64,000 nucleotides of DNA, from NCBI RefSeq assembly GCF_963921235.1, contig NC_086097.1:36582001-36646000 (forward strand), in the 5' to 3' direction. Both the position numbers and the translations under genes were made by a program. This DNA is from Mobula hypostoma (lineage: Eukaryota). The notes below the pieces were generated by a model that saw nothing but the letters and a program-made list of their open reading frames with translations, searched no databases and had not been told where the DNA came from. The first letter of the stretch is position 1, and every line of letters starts with the position of its first letter. Shown here one piece after another: positions 24,950 through 37,589 of this stretch.

Positions 24950-25637
24950 GACAATAGACAATAGGTGCAGGAGTAGGCCATTCGGCCCTTCGAGCCAGCA
25001 CCGCCATTCACTGTGATCATGGCTGATCATCCACAATCAGTATCCAGTTCCTGCCTTATCCCCATAACCTTTGATTCCGCTATCTTTAAGAGCTCCATCC
25101 AACTCTTTCTTGAAAGCATCCAGAGACTTGGCCTCCACAGCCTTCTGAGGCAGAGCATTCCACATATCCACCACTCTCTGGGTGAAAAAGATTTTCCTCA
25201 ACTCCGTTCTAAATGGCCTACCCCTTATTCTTAAATTGTGGCCTCTGGTTGTGGACTCATCCATCAACGGGAACATGCTTCCTGCCTCCAGCATGTCCAA
25301 TCCCTTAATAATCTTATATGTTTCAATCAGATCCCCTCTCATCCTTCTAAATTCCAGTGTATACAAGCCCAGTCGCTCCAATCTTTCAACATATGACAGT
25401 CCCGCCATCCCGGGAATTAACCTTGTGAACCTCCGCTGCACTCCCTCAATAGCAAGAATTCCTCAAGTTTGGAGACCAAAACTGCACACAATACTCCAGG
25501 TGTAGTCTCACCAGGGCCCTGTACAGCTGCAGAAGGACCTCTTTGCTCCTATACGCAATTCCCCTTGTTATGAAGGCTAGCATACCATTAGCTTTCTTCA
25601 CTGCCTGCTGTACCTGCATGTTTGCTTTCAGTGACTG
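24950..25637 (-). mobile_element. CR1 3' fragment nested in an older plus-strand CR1 tail (~24800-24950 and ~25650-25740)
   Basis: KKANGMLAFITRGI...LEYCVQFWSP, QRRFTRLIPGMAGLSYVERLERLGL; (TCTATTG)n tail at 24950-24964. Confidence 0.9.
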
Positions 25638-27039
25638 AAATATGAAATATGAAAGTGAAATATTTAAAGGGAACTTGAAGGGGAACTTCTTCACTCAGAG
25701 TGTGGGTGGGGAATGAGCTGCCAGCGAAAGTAGTGGGTCCGAGGCATGGCTAGTTCAGTGATATATATACACACTGTATATAAATACCCCCAATGTCCAT
25801 CCCTCCTGATTGATTAGTCCTCAACCAATCAGGATTCCGCTGTCCCACCATTTTTACAATCGAATTCCAGTTCTTACTTACAGCGAAACCTTGGTCCTTG
25901 TTAAGATTCTTATTCTTGGTTTCTAGGATTTTGCATGTGTTGAGTGTGTTTCACTGATCAGATACACTTACTGCACACTGCTGACATTTCAGTCAGACAC
26001 ATTGTCCTCTCCCTTTAAGAGTTTCAGGGTAGTCACTCATGGTCTTGTTCCCTGTCACTCAGTGGTGCCATGAATGCTGGGAGGATAATGAATTTACGGA
26101 ATGAATGAATAACACAACATTGGCATCCTTCTCGCATTTCAGCCAGTGGGCATAGACTAACTGTACAGGCAACTCCCGCATTATGACATAGTTCCAATCC
26201 TGAACGCTGTTCAAATCCTGAACTGATCTTGTCAGAAATGAATAAAACCAGTATGTGAGAGCAGATGACAGAAACTGCGATGGGAGAGTGAGCAGGTAGA
26301 GGAAGAGCGGCCATCAGCCAGCCTCACTGACGCAGTGAGTGAGGGAGCTTTGGCTTAACCAGGCCTTGAATGTTGTGGCTCGGGGTGGGGAGTTGTGTTG
26401 GGACAAGAATGTCCTCTTCCCACCCAGCTGAGGGTGCTATCAGCCCCGCAACACTCAGCAAATCTATCCTCATCCATCCCACCAGCCTCCCACGTTCCTG
26501 TGTACAGGATGTCCAGGAGCCCAGCATTCAGAACCTGAGGGGGTCCATACATGTCCAACGTGTTCAATCACAGAACAGAAAACTGCATCAAAAACACTGA
26601 AAAACGGCTTCTTTACGCAATACTCAAAGGAAGACTCAATGCTTTGAGGACTCAAAGATCATTCGGAACTGGAACATGTATTAACTGCCAAAAATAATTA
26701 TTTTAACACTGCATTGTAATCTTCGCATCTGCTTGCAGTAACTTTAAAACCAAGGCCTCTCCATCTCGGATCATACCTCGTCCTCTCTCTCCAACTCTCA
26801 GTGTATGCTGAGAAAGACAATCCACTATTGTCTTTTCAAGCAGGTCATTTCTAAATTAAATAGCCTTATTAAAATCTGTGAGCTACCTTTAATATGTTTG
26901 ACCGATTTCAGCAGTTTCTCTTGACTGGCATTCAGAAAATCGCCTTGGGAGCAAAGCAAGAATTAAAAATAGAATGCTGCCGCGCATTCAGAGTCCCTGA
27001 GGTTTTATTTATGGCTGTAATGCACATGTATAAACACAG

Positions 27040-27041
<2 letters not shown>

Positions 27042-27102
<61 letters not shown>
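27042..27102. repeat. (AC)30 microsatellite
   Basis: Uninterrupted dinucleotide run read directly. Confidence 0.97.
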
Positions 27103-27104
<2 letters not shown>

Positions 27105-27487
27105 ATTTTGTGCTAGGTGCAGGGTTCACATTCTAGCATTGATCAAGAAATCAGACAGAAAATCACATTTTCATGTGCAAGTATAGACAGATTTTGCCTC
27201 TCTTTACATCTGCCTGTGCAAACATGTTGAAAGGACTTTCCAGTCTGTTTCACATCCATATTTAGAATACTCTGGGATTTGGCCGTCACTTTCAATAAGA
27301 GTATTCCGCTGTTGTTTGTTTGGCTTACTTTACAGTTATGAATGAACAACTTCAAGCATCACTGCATAGCTCCATGCAGAAAAACAAACAATAATAAAAA
27401 AGTGAAGAACTAAGCACATTAATATCTTCTTATTTCAAATTAACTATACGTATTTTACTAATTACTGTTCCTCCTTCTCCCATGTTA

Positions 27488-28950
27488 ACGGGAGAGATTC
27501 CGGAACATTGGAGGGTTGCGGATGTTGTTCCCTTATTCAAGAAAGGGAGTAGGGTAGCCCAGAAAATTATAGGCCAGTGAGTCTTACTTCAGTGGTTGCT
27601 AAGCTAATGGAGAAGATGGCAGGATTTATGAACATTTGGAGAGGCATAATATGATTAGGAATAGTCAGTATGGCTTTGTCAAAGGCAGGTCATGCCTTAC
27701 AAGCCTGATTGAATTTCTGAGCATGTGACTAAACACATCGATGAAGGTAGTGCCATAGATGTAGTGTATATGGATTTTAGCAAGGTGTTTGATAAAGTAC
27801 CCCATGCAAGACTTATTGAGAAAGTAAGGAGACATGGGATCCAAGGGGACATTGCTTTGTGGATCCAGAACTGGCTTGCACATGGAAGGCAAAGTGTGGT
27901 TGTGGACGGGTCATATTCTGCATGGAGGCCGGTGCCCAGTGGTGTGCCTCAGGGATCTGATCTGGGACCCCTACTCTTTGTGATTTTCATAAATGACCTG
28001 GATGAGGAAGTGGAGGGATGGATTAGTAAATTTGCTGATGACACAAAGGTTGGGGGATGTTGTGGATAGTGTGGAGGGCTGTCAGAGATTATAATGGGAC
28101 ATTAATCGGATGCAAAACTGGGCTGAGAAGTGGCAGATGGAGTTCAACCCAGATAAGTTTGAGGTGGTTCATTTTGGTAGGTCAATTATGATGGCAGAAT
28201 ATAGCATTAATGGTAAGACTCTTGGCAGAGTGGAGGATCAGAGGGATCTTGGGGTCTGAGACCATAGGACACTCAAAGCTGCTATGCAGGTTGACCCTGT
28301 GGTTAAGAAGGCATACGGTGCATTGGCCTTCATCAATCATGGGAATGAGTTTAAGAGCTGAGAGGTAATGTTGCAGCTATATAAGACCCTGGTCAGACCC
28401 CACTTGGAGTACTGTGCTCAGTTCTGGTCGCCTCACTATAGGAAAGATGTGGAAACCATAGAAAGGGTGCAGAGGAGATTTACAAGGATGTTGCCTGGAT
28501 TGGGGAACATGCCTTAGGGGAATAGGTTGAGTGAACTTGGTCTTTTCTCCTTGGAGCGACGAAGGATGAGAGGCGACCTGATAGAGGTGTACAAGGTAAT
28601 GACAGGCATTGATTGTGTGGATAGTCAGAGGCTTTTCCCCAGGGCTGAAATGGCTAGCGCAAGAGGGCATAGTTTTAAGGTGCTTGGAAGCAGGTACAGA
28701 AGAGATGTCAGGGGTAAGTTTTTCATGCAGAGAGTAGTGAGTGCGTGGAATGGGCTGCCGGCAGCGGTGGTGGAAGTGGAAACAATAGGGTCCTTTAAGA
28801 GATTCCTGGATGACTACACGGAGCTTAGAAAAATAGAGAGCTATGGGTAAAGCTTAGATAGTTCTAAGGTAAGGACATGTTCAACACAGCTTTGTGGGCC
28901 GAAGGGCCTGTATTGTGTTGTAGGTTTTCTATGTTTTTATGTTTCTATGT
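27488..28950 (+). mobile_element. 5'-truncated CR1 (RT to 3' end)
   Basis: [35 protein letters not shown]; (TTTCTATG)n tail. Confidence 0.93.
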
Positions 28951-29000
28951 TGACCGTGATTGGCTCCTTGGATCATTTAGTGTAAACCCAATGCATGAAA

Positions 29001-31683
29001 AGGGGGCGTGGCACTGTTGATCAGAGACAGTGTCATGGCTGCAGAAAAGGTGGACGTCATGGAGGGATCGTCTACGGAGTCTCTGTGGGTGGAGGTTAGG
29101 AACAGGAAGGGGTCAATAACTTTACTGGGTGTTTTTTATAGGCCGCCCAATAGTAACAGGGGTATCGAGGAGCAGATGGGGAAACAGATCCTGGAAAGGT
29201 GTAATAATAACAGAGTTGTCATGATGGTAGAATTTAATTTCCCAAATATTGATTGGCATCTTCCTAGAGCAAGGGGTTTAGATGGGGTGGAGTTTGTTGG
29301 GTGTGTTCAGGAAGGTTTCTTGACACAATATGTAGATAAGCCTACAAGAGGAGAGACTGTACTTGATTTGGTATTGGGAAATGAACCTGGTCAGGTGTCA
29401 GGTCTCTCAGTGGGAGAGCGTTTTGGAGATAGTGATCATAATTCTATCTTCTTTATAATAGCATTGGAGAGAGATAGGAACAGACAAGTCAGAAATGCTT
29501 TTAATTGGAGTAATGGGAATTATGAGGCTATCAGGCAGGAGATTCGAAGATTAAATTGGAAGCAGATGTTCTCAGGGAAAAGTACGGAAGAAATGTGGCA
29601 AATGTTCAGGGGATATTTCTGTGGAGTTCTGCATAGGTACGTTCCAATGAGACAGGGAAGTTATGGTAGGGTACAGGAACCGTGGTGTACAAAGGCTGTA
29701 ATACATCTTGTCAAGAAGAAAAGAAAAGCTTACAAAAGGTTCTGAGAGCTAGGTAATGTTACAGATGTAGAAGATTATAAGGCCAACAGGAAGGAGCTTA
29801 AGCAGGAAATTAGGAGAGCCAGAAGGGGCCATGAGAAGGCCTTGGTGGGCAGGATTAAGAAAACCCCAAGGCACTCTGCAAGTACGTGAAGAGCAAGAGG
29901 ATAAGACGTGAAAGAATAGGACCCATCATGTGTGACAGTGGGAAAGTGTGTATGGAACCAGAGGAAATAACAGAGGTACTTAATGAATACTTTACTTCAG
30001 TATTCACTATGGAAAAGGATCTTGGTGATTGTAGTGATGACTTTCAGCAGACTGAAAAGCTTGAGCATGTAGATATTAAGGAAGAGGATGTGCTGGAGCT
30101 TTTGGAAAGCATCAGGTTGGATAAGTCGCCGGGACCGGATGAGATGTACCCCAGGCTACTGTGGAAGGTGAGGGAGGAGATTGCTGAGCCTCTGTTGATG
30201 ATCTTTGCATCATCAGTGGGTACGGGAGAGGTTCCGGAGGATTGGAGAATTGCAGATGTTGTTCCTTTATTCAACAAAGGGAGTAGAGATAGCCCAGGAA
30301 ATTATAGACCAGTGAGTCTTGCTTCAGTGGTTAGTAAGTTGATGGAGAAGATCCTGAAAGGCAGGATTTATGAACATTTGGAGAAGTATAGTATGATTAG
30401 GAATAGTCAGCATGGCTTTGTCAAGGGCAGGTCATGCCTTACGAGCCTGATTGAATTTTTTGAGGATGTGACTAAACATATTGATGAAGGAAGAACAGTA
30501 TATGTAGTGTATATGGATTTCAGCAAGACATTTGATAAGGTACCCCATGCAAGGCTTATTGAGAAAGTAAGGAGACATGGGATTTTTGGTGACATTGCTT
30601 TGTGGATCCAGAACTGGCTTGCCACAAAAGCCAAAGAATGGTTGTAGACGGGTCATATTCTGCATGGAGGCTGGTGACCAGTGGTGTGCCTCAGGGATAT
30701 GATCTGGGACCCCTACGCTTTGTGATTTTTATAAATGACCTGGATGAGGAAGTGAAGGGATGGGTTAGTAAATTTGCTGATGACACAAAGGTTGGGGGTG
30801 TTGTGGATAGTGTGGAGGGCTATCAGAGGTTACAGCGGGACATTGATAGGATGCAAAATTGGGCTGAGAAGTGGCAGATGGAGTTCAACCCAGATAAGTG
30901 TGAAGTGGTTCATTTTGGTAGGTCAAATATGATGGCAGAATATAGTATTAATGGTAAGACTCTTGGCAGTGCAGAGGATCAGAGGGATTTTGGGGTCCGA
31001 GTCCATAGGATGCTCAAAGCTGCTGCGCAGGTTGACTCTGTGGTTAAGAAGGCATATGGTGCATTGGCCTTCATCAATCGTGGGATTGAGTTTAACAGCC
31101 GAGAGGTAATGTTGCAGCAATGTAGGACCCTGGTCAGACCCCACTTGGAGTACTATGCTCAGTTCTGGTCGCCTCACTACAGGAAGGATGTGGAAACCAT
31201 AGAAAGGGTGCAGAGGAGATTTACAAGGATGTTGCCTGGATTGGGGAGCATGCCTTACGAAAACAGGTAGAGTGAACTCGGCCTTTTCCCCTCGGAGCGA
31301 CGGAGGATGAGAGGTGATCTGATAGAGGTGTATAAGATGATAAGAGGCATTGATCGTGTGGATAGTCAGAGGCTTTTTCCCAGGGCTGAAACGTTTGCCA
31401 CAAGAGGACACGGGTTTAAGGTGCTGGGGAGTAGATACAGAGGAGATGTCAGGGGTAAGTTTTTTGTGCAGAGAGTGGAGGGTGCGTGGAATGGGCTGCC
31501 AGCAATGGTGGTGAAGGTGGATATGATAGGGTCTTTTAAGAGACTTTTGGATAGATACATGGAGCTTAGAAAAATAGAGGGCTATGGGTAAGCCTAGTAA
31601 TTTCTAAGGTAGGGACATGTTCAGCACAACTTTGTGGGCCGAAGTGCCTGTATTATGCTGTAGGTTTTCTATGATTCTATGAT
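29001..31683 (+). mobile_element. CR1 of the same subfamily: APE endonuclease C-terminal part, RT and 3' end
   Basis: FYRPP, FNFPNIDW, SDHN, KSPGPDEM, NYRPVSL, QHGFVKGRSCLT, FADDTK; (TTCTATGA)n tail; a few stops and frameshifts. Confidence 0.95.
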
Positions 31684-31959
31684 TGATCTTTCAATTAAGT
31701 TAATAAAGACTAGTGAATGTGAGCAGGGAGGGTTTCGAACTACTCGCTGATGAATGTCGGGTGGGTGAGAGATAGAATCGTGGGTTATACAGCAAGGAAA
31801 CAGGCTTTTTGGCTCAATGTCCATGGTACTTTCAAGGTTCCATTTGCTTGCATTTGGCCCATATCCCTCTAAACCTTTCCTCCCCGTGAACCTGTCCACA
31901 TATCTTTGGAACATTTCATTGTACCCACTTCTACCACATATAGACAACCACACTTAAAC

Positions 31960-32345
31960 AGGTCCCATTTTTAAGGGGACCTATTTAAAAAGTTAAAACT
32001 TGCCCTTTTACTCCTAATATATGTACTTCTCAAGTTCTCCTTTACATTATCTGGGATGGATATCCAAGTCCTCCTGAATTCCTTCCTATGTATACTTTTA
32101 CATCCATTACACTCCTCAAGGGATTCAACTTGATCCCACCAGACATAATCCTTCATTTTCCTCTCCAGAGTCTCAATATCCCACATCAGCCAGATTTCCC
32201 TAAACCTGTCAGCCTTGCCCTTCACTCCAACAGTAAAATGTTGACCCTGAACTCTCTCTATCTCACTGTTAAAGCCTTTCCCTTGCCAGAAGACCTTTTT
32301 TGTGCCTACTAACAGCCTCCCTTAATTGACTTTCGCAAGTTCCTA
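31960..32345 (-). mobile_element. Old CR1 ORF2 remnant
   Basis: Decayed translation REIWLMWDIE...NVKENLRSTYIRSKR resembles the CR1 ORF2 linker. Confidence 0.5.
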
Positions 32346-32370
32346 TCTAAATGATAAAACACAATAGAAA

Positions 32371-33213
32371 CACAAACAACAGGAATTCTGCTGATGCTGG
32401 AAATTCAAGCAACACACATCAAAGTTGCTGGTGAATGCAGCAGGCCAGGCAGCATCTCTAGGAAGAGGTACAGTCGATGTTTCAGGCCAAGACCCTTCGT
32501 CAGGACTAACTGAAGGAAAAGTTAGTAAGAGATTTGAAAGTTGGAGAGGGAGGGGGAGATCCAAAATGATAGGGGAAGACGGGGGGGGGGGGAGGGATGG
32601 AGCCAAGAGCTGGACAGGTGATTTGAGAAAGGGGATATGAGAAGATCATGGGACAGGAGGCCCAGGGAGAAAGACAAGGGGGGAGGGGGAACCCAGAGGA
32701 TGGGCAAGGGGTATAGTCAGAGGGACAGAGGGAGAAAAAGGAGAGTGAGAGAAAGAATGTGTGTATAAAAATAAATAACGGATGGGGTACGAGGGGGAGG
32801 GGGGGCATTAGCGGAAGTTAGAGAAGTCAATGTTCATGCCATCAGGTTGGAGGCTACCCAGACGGAATATAAGGTGTTGTTCCTCCAACCTGAGTGTGGC
32901 TTCATCTTTACAGTAGAGGAGGCCATGGATAGACATGTCAGAATGGGAATGGGACGTGGAATTAAAGTGTGTGGCCACTGGGAGATCCTGCTTTCTCTGG
33001 CGGACAGAACGTAGGTGTTCAGCAAAACGATCTCCCAGTCTGCATCGGGTCTTGCCAATATATAGAAGGCCTCATTGGAAGCACCGGCCACAGTTTATCA
33101 CCCCAGCCGACGCACAGGTGAAGTGTCGGCTCACCTGGAAGGACTGTCTGGGGCCCTGAATGGTGGCAAGGGAGGAAGTGTAAGGGCATGTGTAGCACTT
33201 GTTCTGCTTACAC
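32371..33213 (-). mobile_element. 5'-truncated Penelope-like element (GIY-YIG end and terminal repeat) with TSD
   Basis: Close match to 12003-12803. ACACAATAGAAA at 32359-32370 and 33210-33221. Hammerhead motif at 32471-32508. Confidence 0.9.
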
Positions 33214-33364
33214 AATAGAAATGTCTTTTCTTCCTCTGGACTTTAGTCAATTGGCCTTAACTGTCCTTATCAGTCAAGTAAAGGTGTGAAGGTTTTGTGT
33301 CTCCTCAGAGTGATGGCCTCTGAATACCTTTCTCTGTGTGACAGTCCAAATGATCAGATCTGAA

Positions 33365-34267
33365 GGGAGCTTTGCTGGCCCCCTCCTTTACTCTCTGTAT
33401 ACCCATGATTGTGTTGCCACCCACAGCTCCGATCTGTTAATTAAATTTGCTGACAATACTTATCTCAAAAAATAACCAGGCAGCCTACAGAGAAGAAGTC
33501 ATCACCCTGACACAGTGGTGTCAAGAAAACAACCTCTCCCTCAATGTCGCAAAAACGAAGCAGCTGGTTGTGGATTACAGGAGGAATGGAGACAGGCTAA
33601 CCCCTGCTGACATCAATGGACCTGAGGTTGAGGGGGTGAACAGCTTTAAGTTCCTCAGCGTGCACATCAGCAAAGATCTCACCTGGTCTGTACATACCGG
33701 CTGTGTGGTGAAAAAAGCACAACAGTGCTTCCTTCATCTCAGACGGTTGAGGAAGTTTGGCACGAGTCCCCAAATCCTAAGGACTTTCTACAGGGGCACA
33801 GTTGAGAGCATACTGACTGGCTGCATCACTGCCTGGTATGGGAACAGTACCTCCTTTAATCACAGGACTCTGTAGAGAGTGGTGTGGATAGCCCAGCGCA
33901 TCTGTAGACGTCAACTTCCCACTGTTTATGACATTTACAGAGACAGATGCATAAAAAGGGCCCGAAGAATCATCGGGACATGAGTCACCCCAACCACAAA
34001 CTGTTCCAGTTGCTACCATCCAGGAAGTGGTACCGCAGCATAAAAGCCAGGACCAACAGGCTCCGGGACAGCTTCTTCCACCAGGCCATCAGACTGATTA
34101 ATTCATGCTGATACAATTGTAGTTCTATGCTATATTGACTGTCCTGTTATATATACTATTTATTACAAATTATTATAAATTGCACATTTAGATGGAGACG
34201 TAACGTAAAGATTTTTACTCCTCATGTATGTGAAGGATGTAAGAAATAATGTCAATTCAATTCAATT
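33365..34267 (+). mobile_element. Rex1/Babar-like LINE, 5'-truncated
   Basis: WCQENNLSLNVAKTKQLVVDYRR, SFKFL, FYRGTVESILTGCITAWYGN; (CAATT)n tail. Confidence 0.88.
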
Positions 34268-34407
34268 AATTGTGAAAACCCTACTACAGGACAATTATAT
34301 TCATGAAATGTCATTATATTTTACCATTTCATCTCACCAAACGGCATTTTTCTGCTTTGACACTGATGATATGGAAGTTACTTCACAGAATTGCAAGAAT
34401 TAATTTG

Positions 34408-34635
34408 GTCAGCTGGTGGCGCAGTGAGATCAGCGCCGGGCTCGAGAACTGAGGTTCCCGAGTTCGATCCAGTGACAGGCCGCTCCCGAGCATGCTCTCC
34501 ATCTGCGCCGGGTTGATGTCAAGCTCACAACTCGACCTCGCTGCCACCTCCAGTTTAAATTCCCACGCGGAATATTGCGGAGGATCAAATACCCAAACCC
34601 AAACAGCAGCTACACTCCCAAGAAGCAACATTCTC
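34408..34635 (+). mobile_element. tRNA-derived SINE-like element with Pol III A and B boxes
   Basis: A box TGGCGCAGTGA (34417-34427), B box GAGTTCGATCC (34460-34470); CpG-rich relative to its flanks; no acceptor stem. Confidence 0.65.
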
Positions 34636-35210
34636 AATCATTTCCATCAGTGATTCAGTGAACAATGAAATGGGCTTTTACTTATTTTCACGTTGCTGCT
34701 CAAATGTTCAGATAAAGAGAAAAAATCAAAACAATGATTAATTCCGTCTTGTTCATGAAAAGTTGGCAGAACAAGCCAGTAGATGCTGCTAATACGTGGA
34801 TTAGTCATGGTCAACCCGATTTACTCTTTATTCCTTCCGAGGCCCTTTTCCCCTCTTTGTACTGGGGGAGCTCGGAGGTGAAAGTAAGCCAGGCCAGGAC
34901 AGACTGTTACAGACTGGTTTCTCACACAGATAAGGAGTGGCACAAATGGATTAAAATCAGCCATGTCAGCAATATAATTCTACTAATAAATTATTTTCAC
35001 ACTTCGGAGGACTGTTAGTTGACAAATTTCTGGGTAAGAGGTAAGTATGGACAAGGGTTAGGCTTGCTGCAAGGGACAGACATGCACAGTTACTCAAAGG
35101 ATCCTTTTAGTCATTTGGGCTCAGTAAAAACCCATTGTTACTTATTCCACAAATGAAGGAACTAAGAGTTATTGCTGCAGAGAATACGACAAAGTAAATA
35201 TATAATAACC

Positions 35211-35358
35211 CTAACACGAGGAAACCTGCAGATGCTGGAATTTCAAGCAACACACATAAAAATTGCTGTGAACGCAGCGGGCCAGGCAGCATCTCTAGGA
35301 AGCCTATAGATACCTATAGATGCTGCCTGGCCTGCTGCGTTCACCAGCAATTTTTATG
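35211..35358. mobile_element. Short fold-back Penelope-derived insertion with a 12-bp TSD
   Basis: Arms AATTGCTGTGAACGCAGCGGGCCAGGCAGCATCT and AGATGCTGCCTGGCCTGCTGCGTTCACCAGCAATT. TATATAATAACC at 35199-35210 and 35359-35370. Confidence 0.8.
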
Positions 35359-35450
35359 TATATAATAACCTTAAGTGTAAAACGGAGAGCAATTGGTATA
35401 ACTGCAGCTCAAGGTGAAAAAATGGGATGCTGGTGAATGTGTCGCCTGGG

Positions 35451-35491
35451 ATCTCGGGAGCTTCATTCTAGTGGAATGAAGCTCCCGAGAT
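35451..35491. repeat. Perfect 18-bp inverted repeat with a 5-nt loop
   Basis: ATCTCGGGAGCTTCATTC-TAGTG-GAATGAAGCTCCCGAGAT. Confidence 0.9.
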
Positions 35492-35539
35492 GTTAATGAA
35501 GAGCAGGAGATTGTTGCACTCCCCTGTTAGTCCCCGTTA

Positions 35540-35760
35540 GGGTGACAGAGTGTTTAGTGTTACACTATTACAGCACCACTGCCTGTTAGCAGTTTGTAAA
35601 TTCTCCCGAGGACCGTGTAGGTTTCCTCTGGGTGCTCAGGTTTCCTCCCACAGTCCAAAGACTGTGTTAGTAGGTTAGTCAGTCACATGGATGTAATTAG
35701 GTGCTGTAGGCTTGGTGGACTGGATGGGCCTGTTACTGTGCTGTATTGCTAAATAAATAT
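35540..35760 (+). mobile_element. V-SINE-like SINE
   Basis: GGTTTCCTCTGGGTGCTCAGGTTTCCTCCCACAGTCCAAAGAC core and GGGCCTGTTACTGTGCTGTAT tail. Confidence 0.65.
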
Positions 35761-36514
35761 TTTTAAAAACCCAGAAACGTAACCGGAAATGGCAAGCCCA
35801 TTTTAGTGCAACAGAATTTTAAATGTGAGAAAAGACTTAACTAAAAAAATTCTTTGACATTAAGTCTTTACTTTTACAGGTGTGAAGTCCGATTATAGTT
35901 GGAGGTTTAAAAATGCTGTAATTTTTTTTTGTGCTGGGTATTTATTTCTCTGTCTCCCAGCTCTTTACATTACCCAACTCAGAATGATTTGCTTAACATT
36001 TTAGTGCATGTGCATAGCATGTTCGAGATGTTATACCTACAGCAATGAAGTCTCAAAAAATTAAATGGTCTGAGCTAGGCTCAGATCGGCTGAGTACTTG
36101 GATTGTGTTTTAATTTTAAAAAACTCAAAAAAAGACTTTTCCTCCTAACTCAATCCAATGAACAAGTCAAGTTGTGATAGTGGCTGCCATCTGCTGTTGG
36201 ATTTGTGGCATTCCACTAGTAAAATTACACCAGGTCAGGCAAATGAGGTCAATGAAAAAAGTCAGAGAAAATATCACAGGTATGGGAAGGCAAAGAAGAG
36301 GAAGGCTGCTTTTCGTTTATAGGACTTGTAACTGTACATTAGGAAGGTGGTAGACCTTCCAAAAAGTTCACTCCAGAGTTGTAACATCAGTAGTAACAGG
36401 CATGCAAAAGCAGGAATGCAATGGTCTGATCCACAATGTATAGAGAAAGCAAGACAAATTGAGATAGGAAACAAAGCCTTATAGAAAATGATCATATACA
36501 ACAAGGTTCATAGC

Positions 36515-37050
36515 TGGGGGAGGTTGTGGGGATAATCTCCCATGGCCTGTTAAATGCTCTCAATGGAGTGCATCTCAAATAGTCTCTGACAACCAAGTCC
36601 TGACCTTCATGTGTGGCTTAGCTATTAAACCTGGCAGAACCAGGACTAAGCTGGGTTACTGGTGCCTTAAAAGCAGTTGCTTCAGGCAGATGGGCTTGTC
36701 AGCTGTGGCTGGCAGCTCATCTAGAAGAAGGAAAACTCTGATCTCAAACCTCCACTGCCTTGCAGCCATGGGGAAGGTCTCGGGAGTAAACCCTGAGGAA
36801 AAATCCTGTGCTGGAGTCCCTAAGGCAGTTCAAAGCTGACTGGCAACCCTTGTGACACCCCTGGTGCCAAACTGTATTGGTCTCTGCCATTCCTCTGGAT
36901 TCATCAGCTGCGTGGAATGGTGGGGGGTGGGGGGGAGCCTACTACATGGGCAAAAGCTTGCTCTCCATATTGTACTGCTCTGATTTACATACCACGTAGA
37001 CAGCTCAGACACAATATCCATGGTCAACCCCAACCAACAGAGGGCCTTCT
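36515..37050 (+). mobile_element. Probable non-autonomous RTE-related retroelement
   Basis: GGCAGCTCATCTAGAAGAAGGAAAACTCTGATCTCAAACC resembles RTE-type 5' UTR sequence as I recall it; not verified by search. Confidence 0.35.
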
Positions 37051-37589
37051 ATTCTACATAGAGAATAAACCTGCTGTCTGTCAAAAAAGCAGCCAGAATG
37101 TTATGAGATCTCAGGAGCTGGTAGTTTTCATTCCTTCTATTTCAAGGAAGAAGGTGAGTCCACTTTAAATGTTTTCTCCTGCATCTTCCAAAGCTCTCTG
37201 GCTATGGCAATTATTGCTTTAGGTGAGAAAATTGTGCATGACATTCAGTGAACTAAGAAAGGTGAGCACTGTAAATGTAGACCAGTTGGTCTCAAATTAC
37301 TAGTGTCAACTACTGAGGGTACGAATCGTCATGGGAGTCCTGAGGTGGATAGGCCAAATCCCATGAGTCTCCGAAGAGGGGAGAAAAATAACAGAATGGA
37401 GACAGTCTATGAATATTTTTATAGAAACTTACAAAAGGCTTTTTATAGGACTGTCTTCAAGACTATGAACTAAAATTTTAGCAGAATTGAAGGCAAATTG
37501 GTAAATTGGTTTATTACTGTCGCATGTACCAAGGTACCACAAAAACCATATCTTGCATACCGTCTGCATAGAACATTCGTTGCAATGGT

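Noticed and set aside
26932..27129. Cys-Val repeat or His-Thr repeat peptide
   Set aside because: Translation of the (AC)30 microsatellite.
29008..31591. Long ORFs of 245, 253 and 222 aa as host genes
   Set aside because: They are frameshifted pieces of CR1 ORF2 (APE and RT).
34410..34485. Functional tRNA gene
   Set aside because: A and B boxes are present, but I could not form a cloverleaf or acceptor stem, and there is no T-run terminator; better explained as a SINE head.
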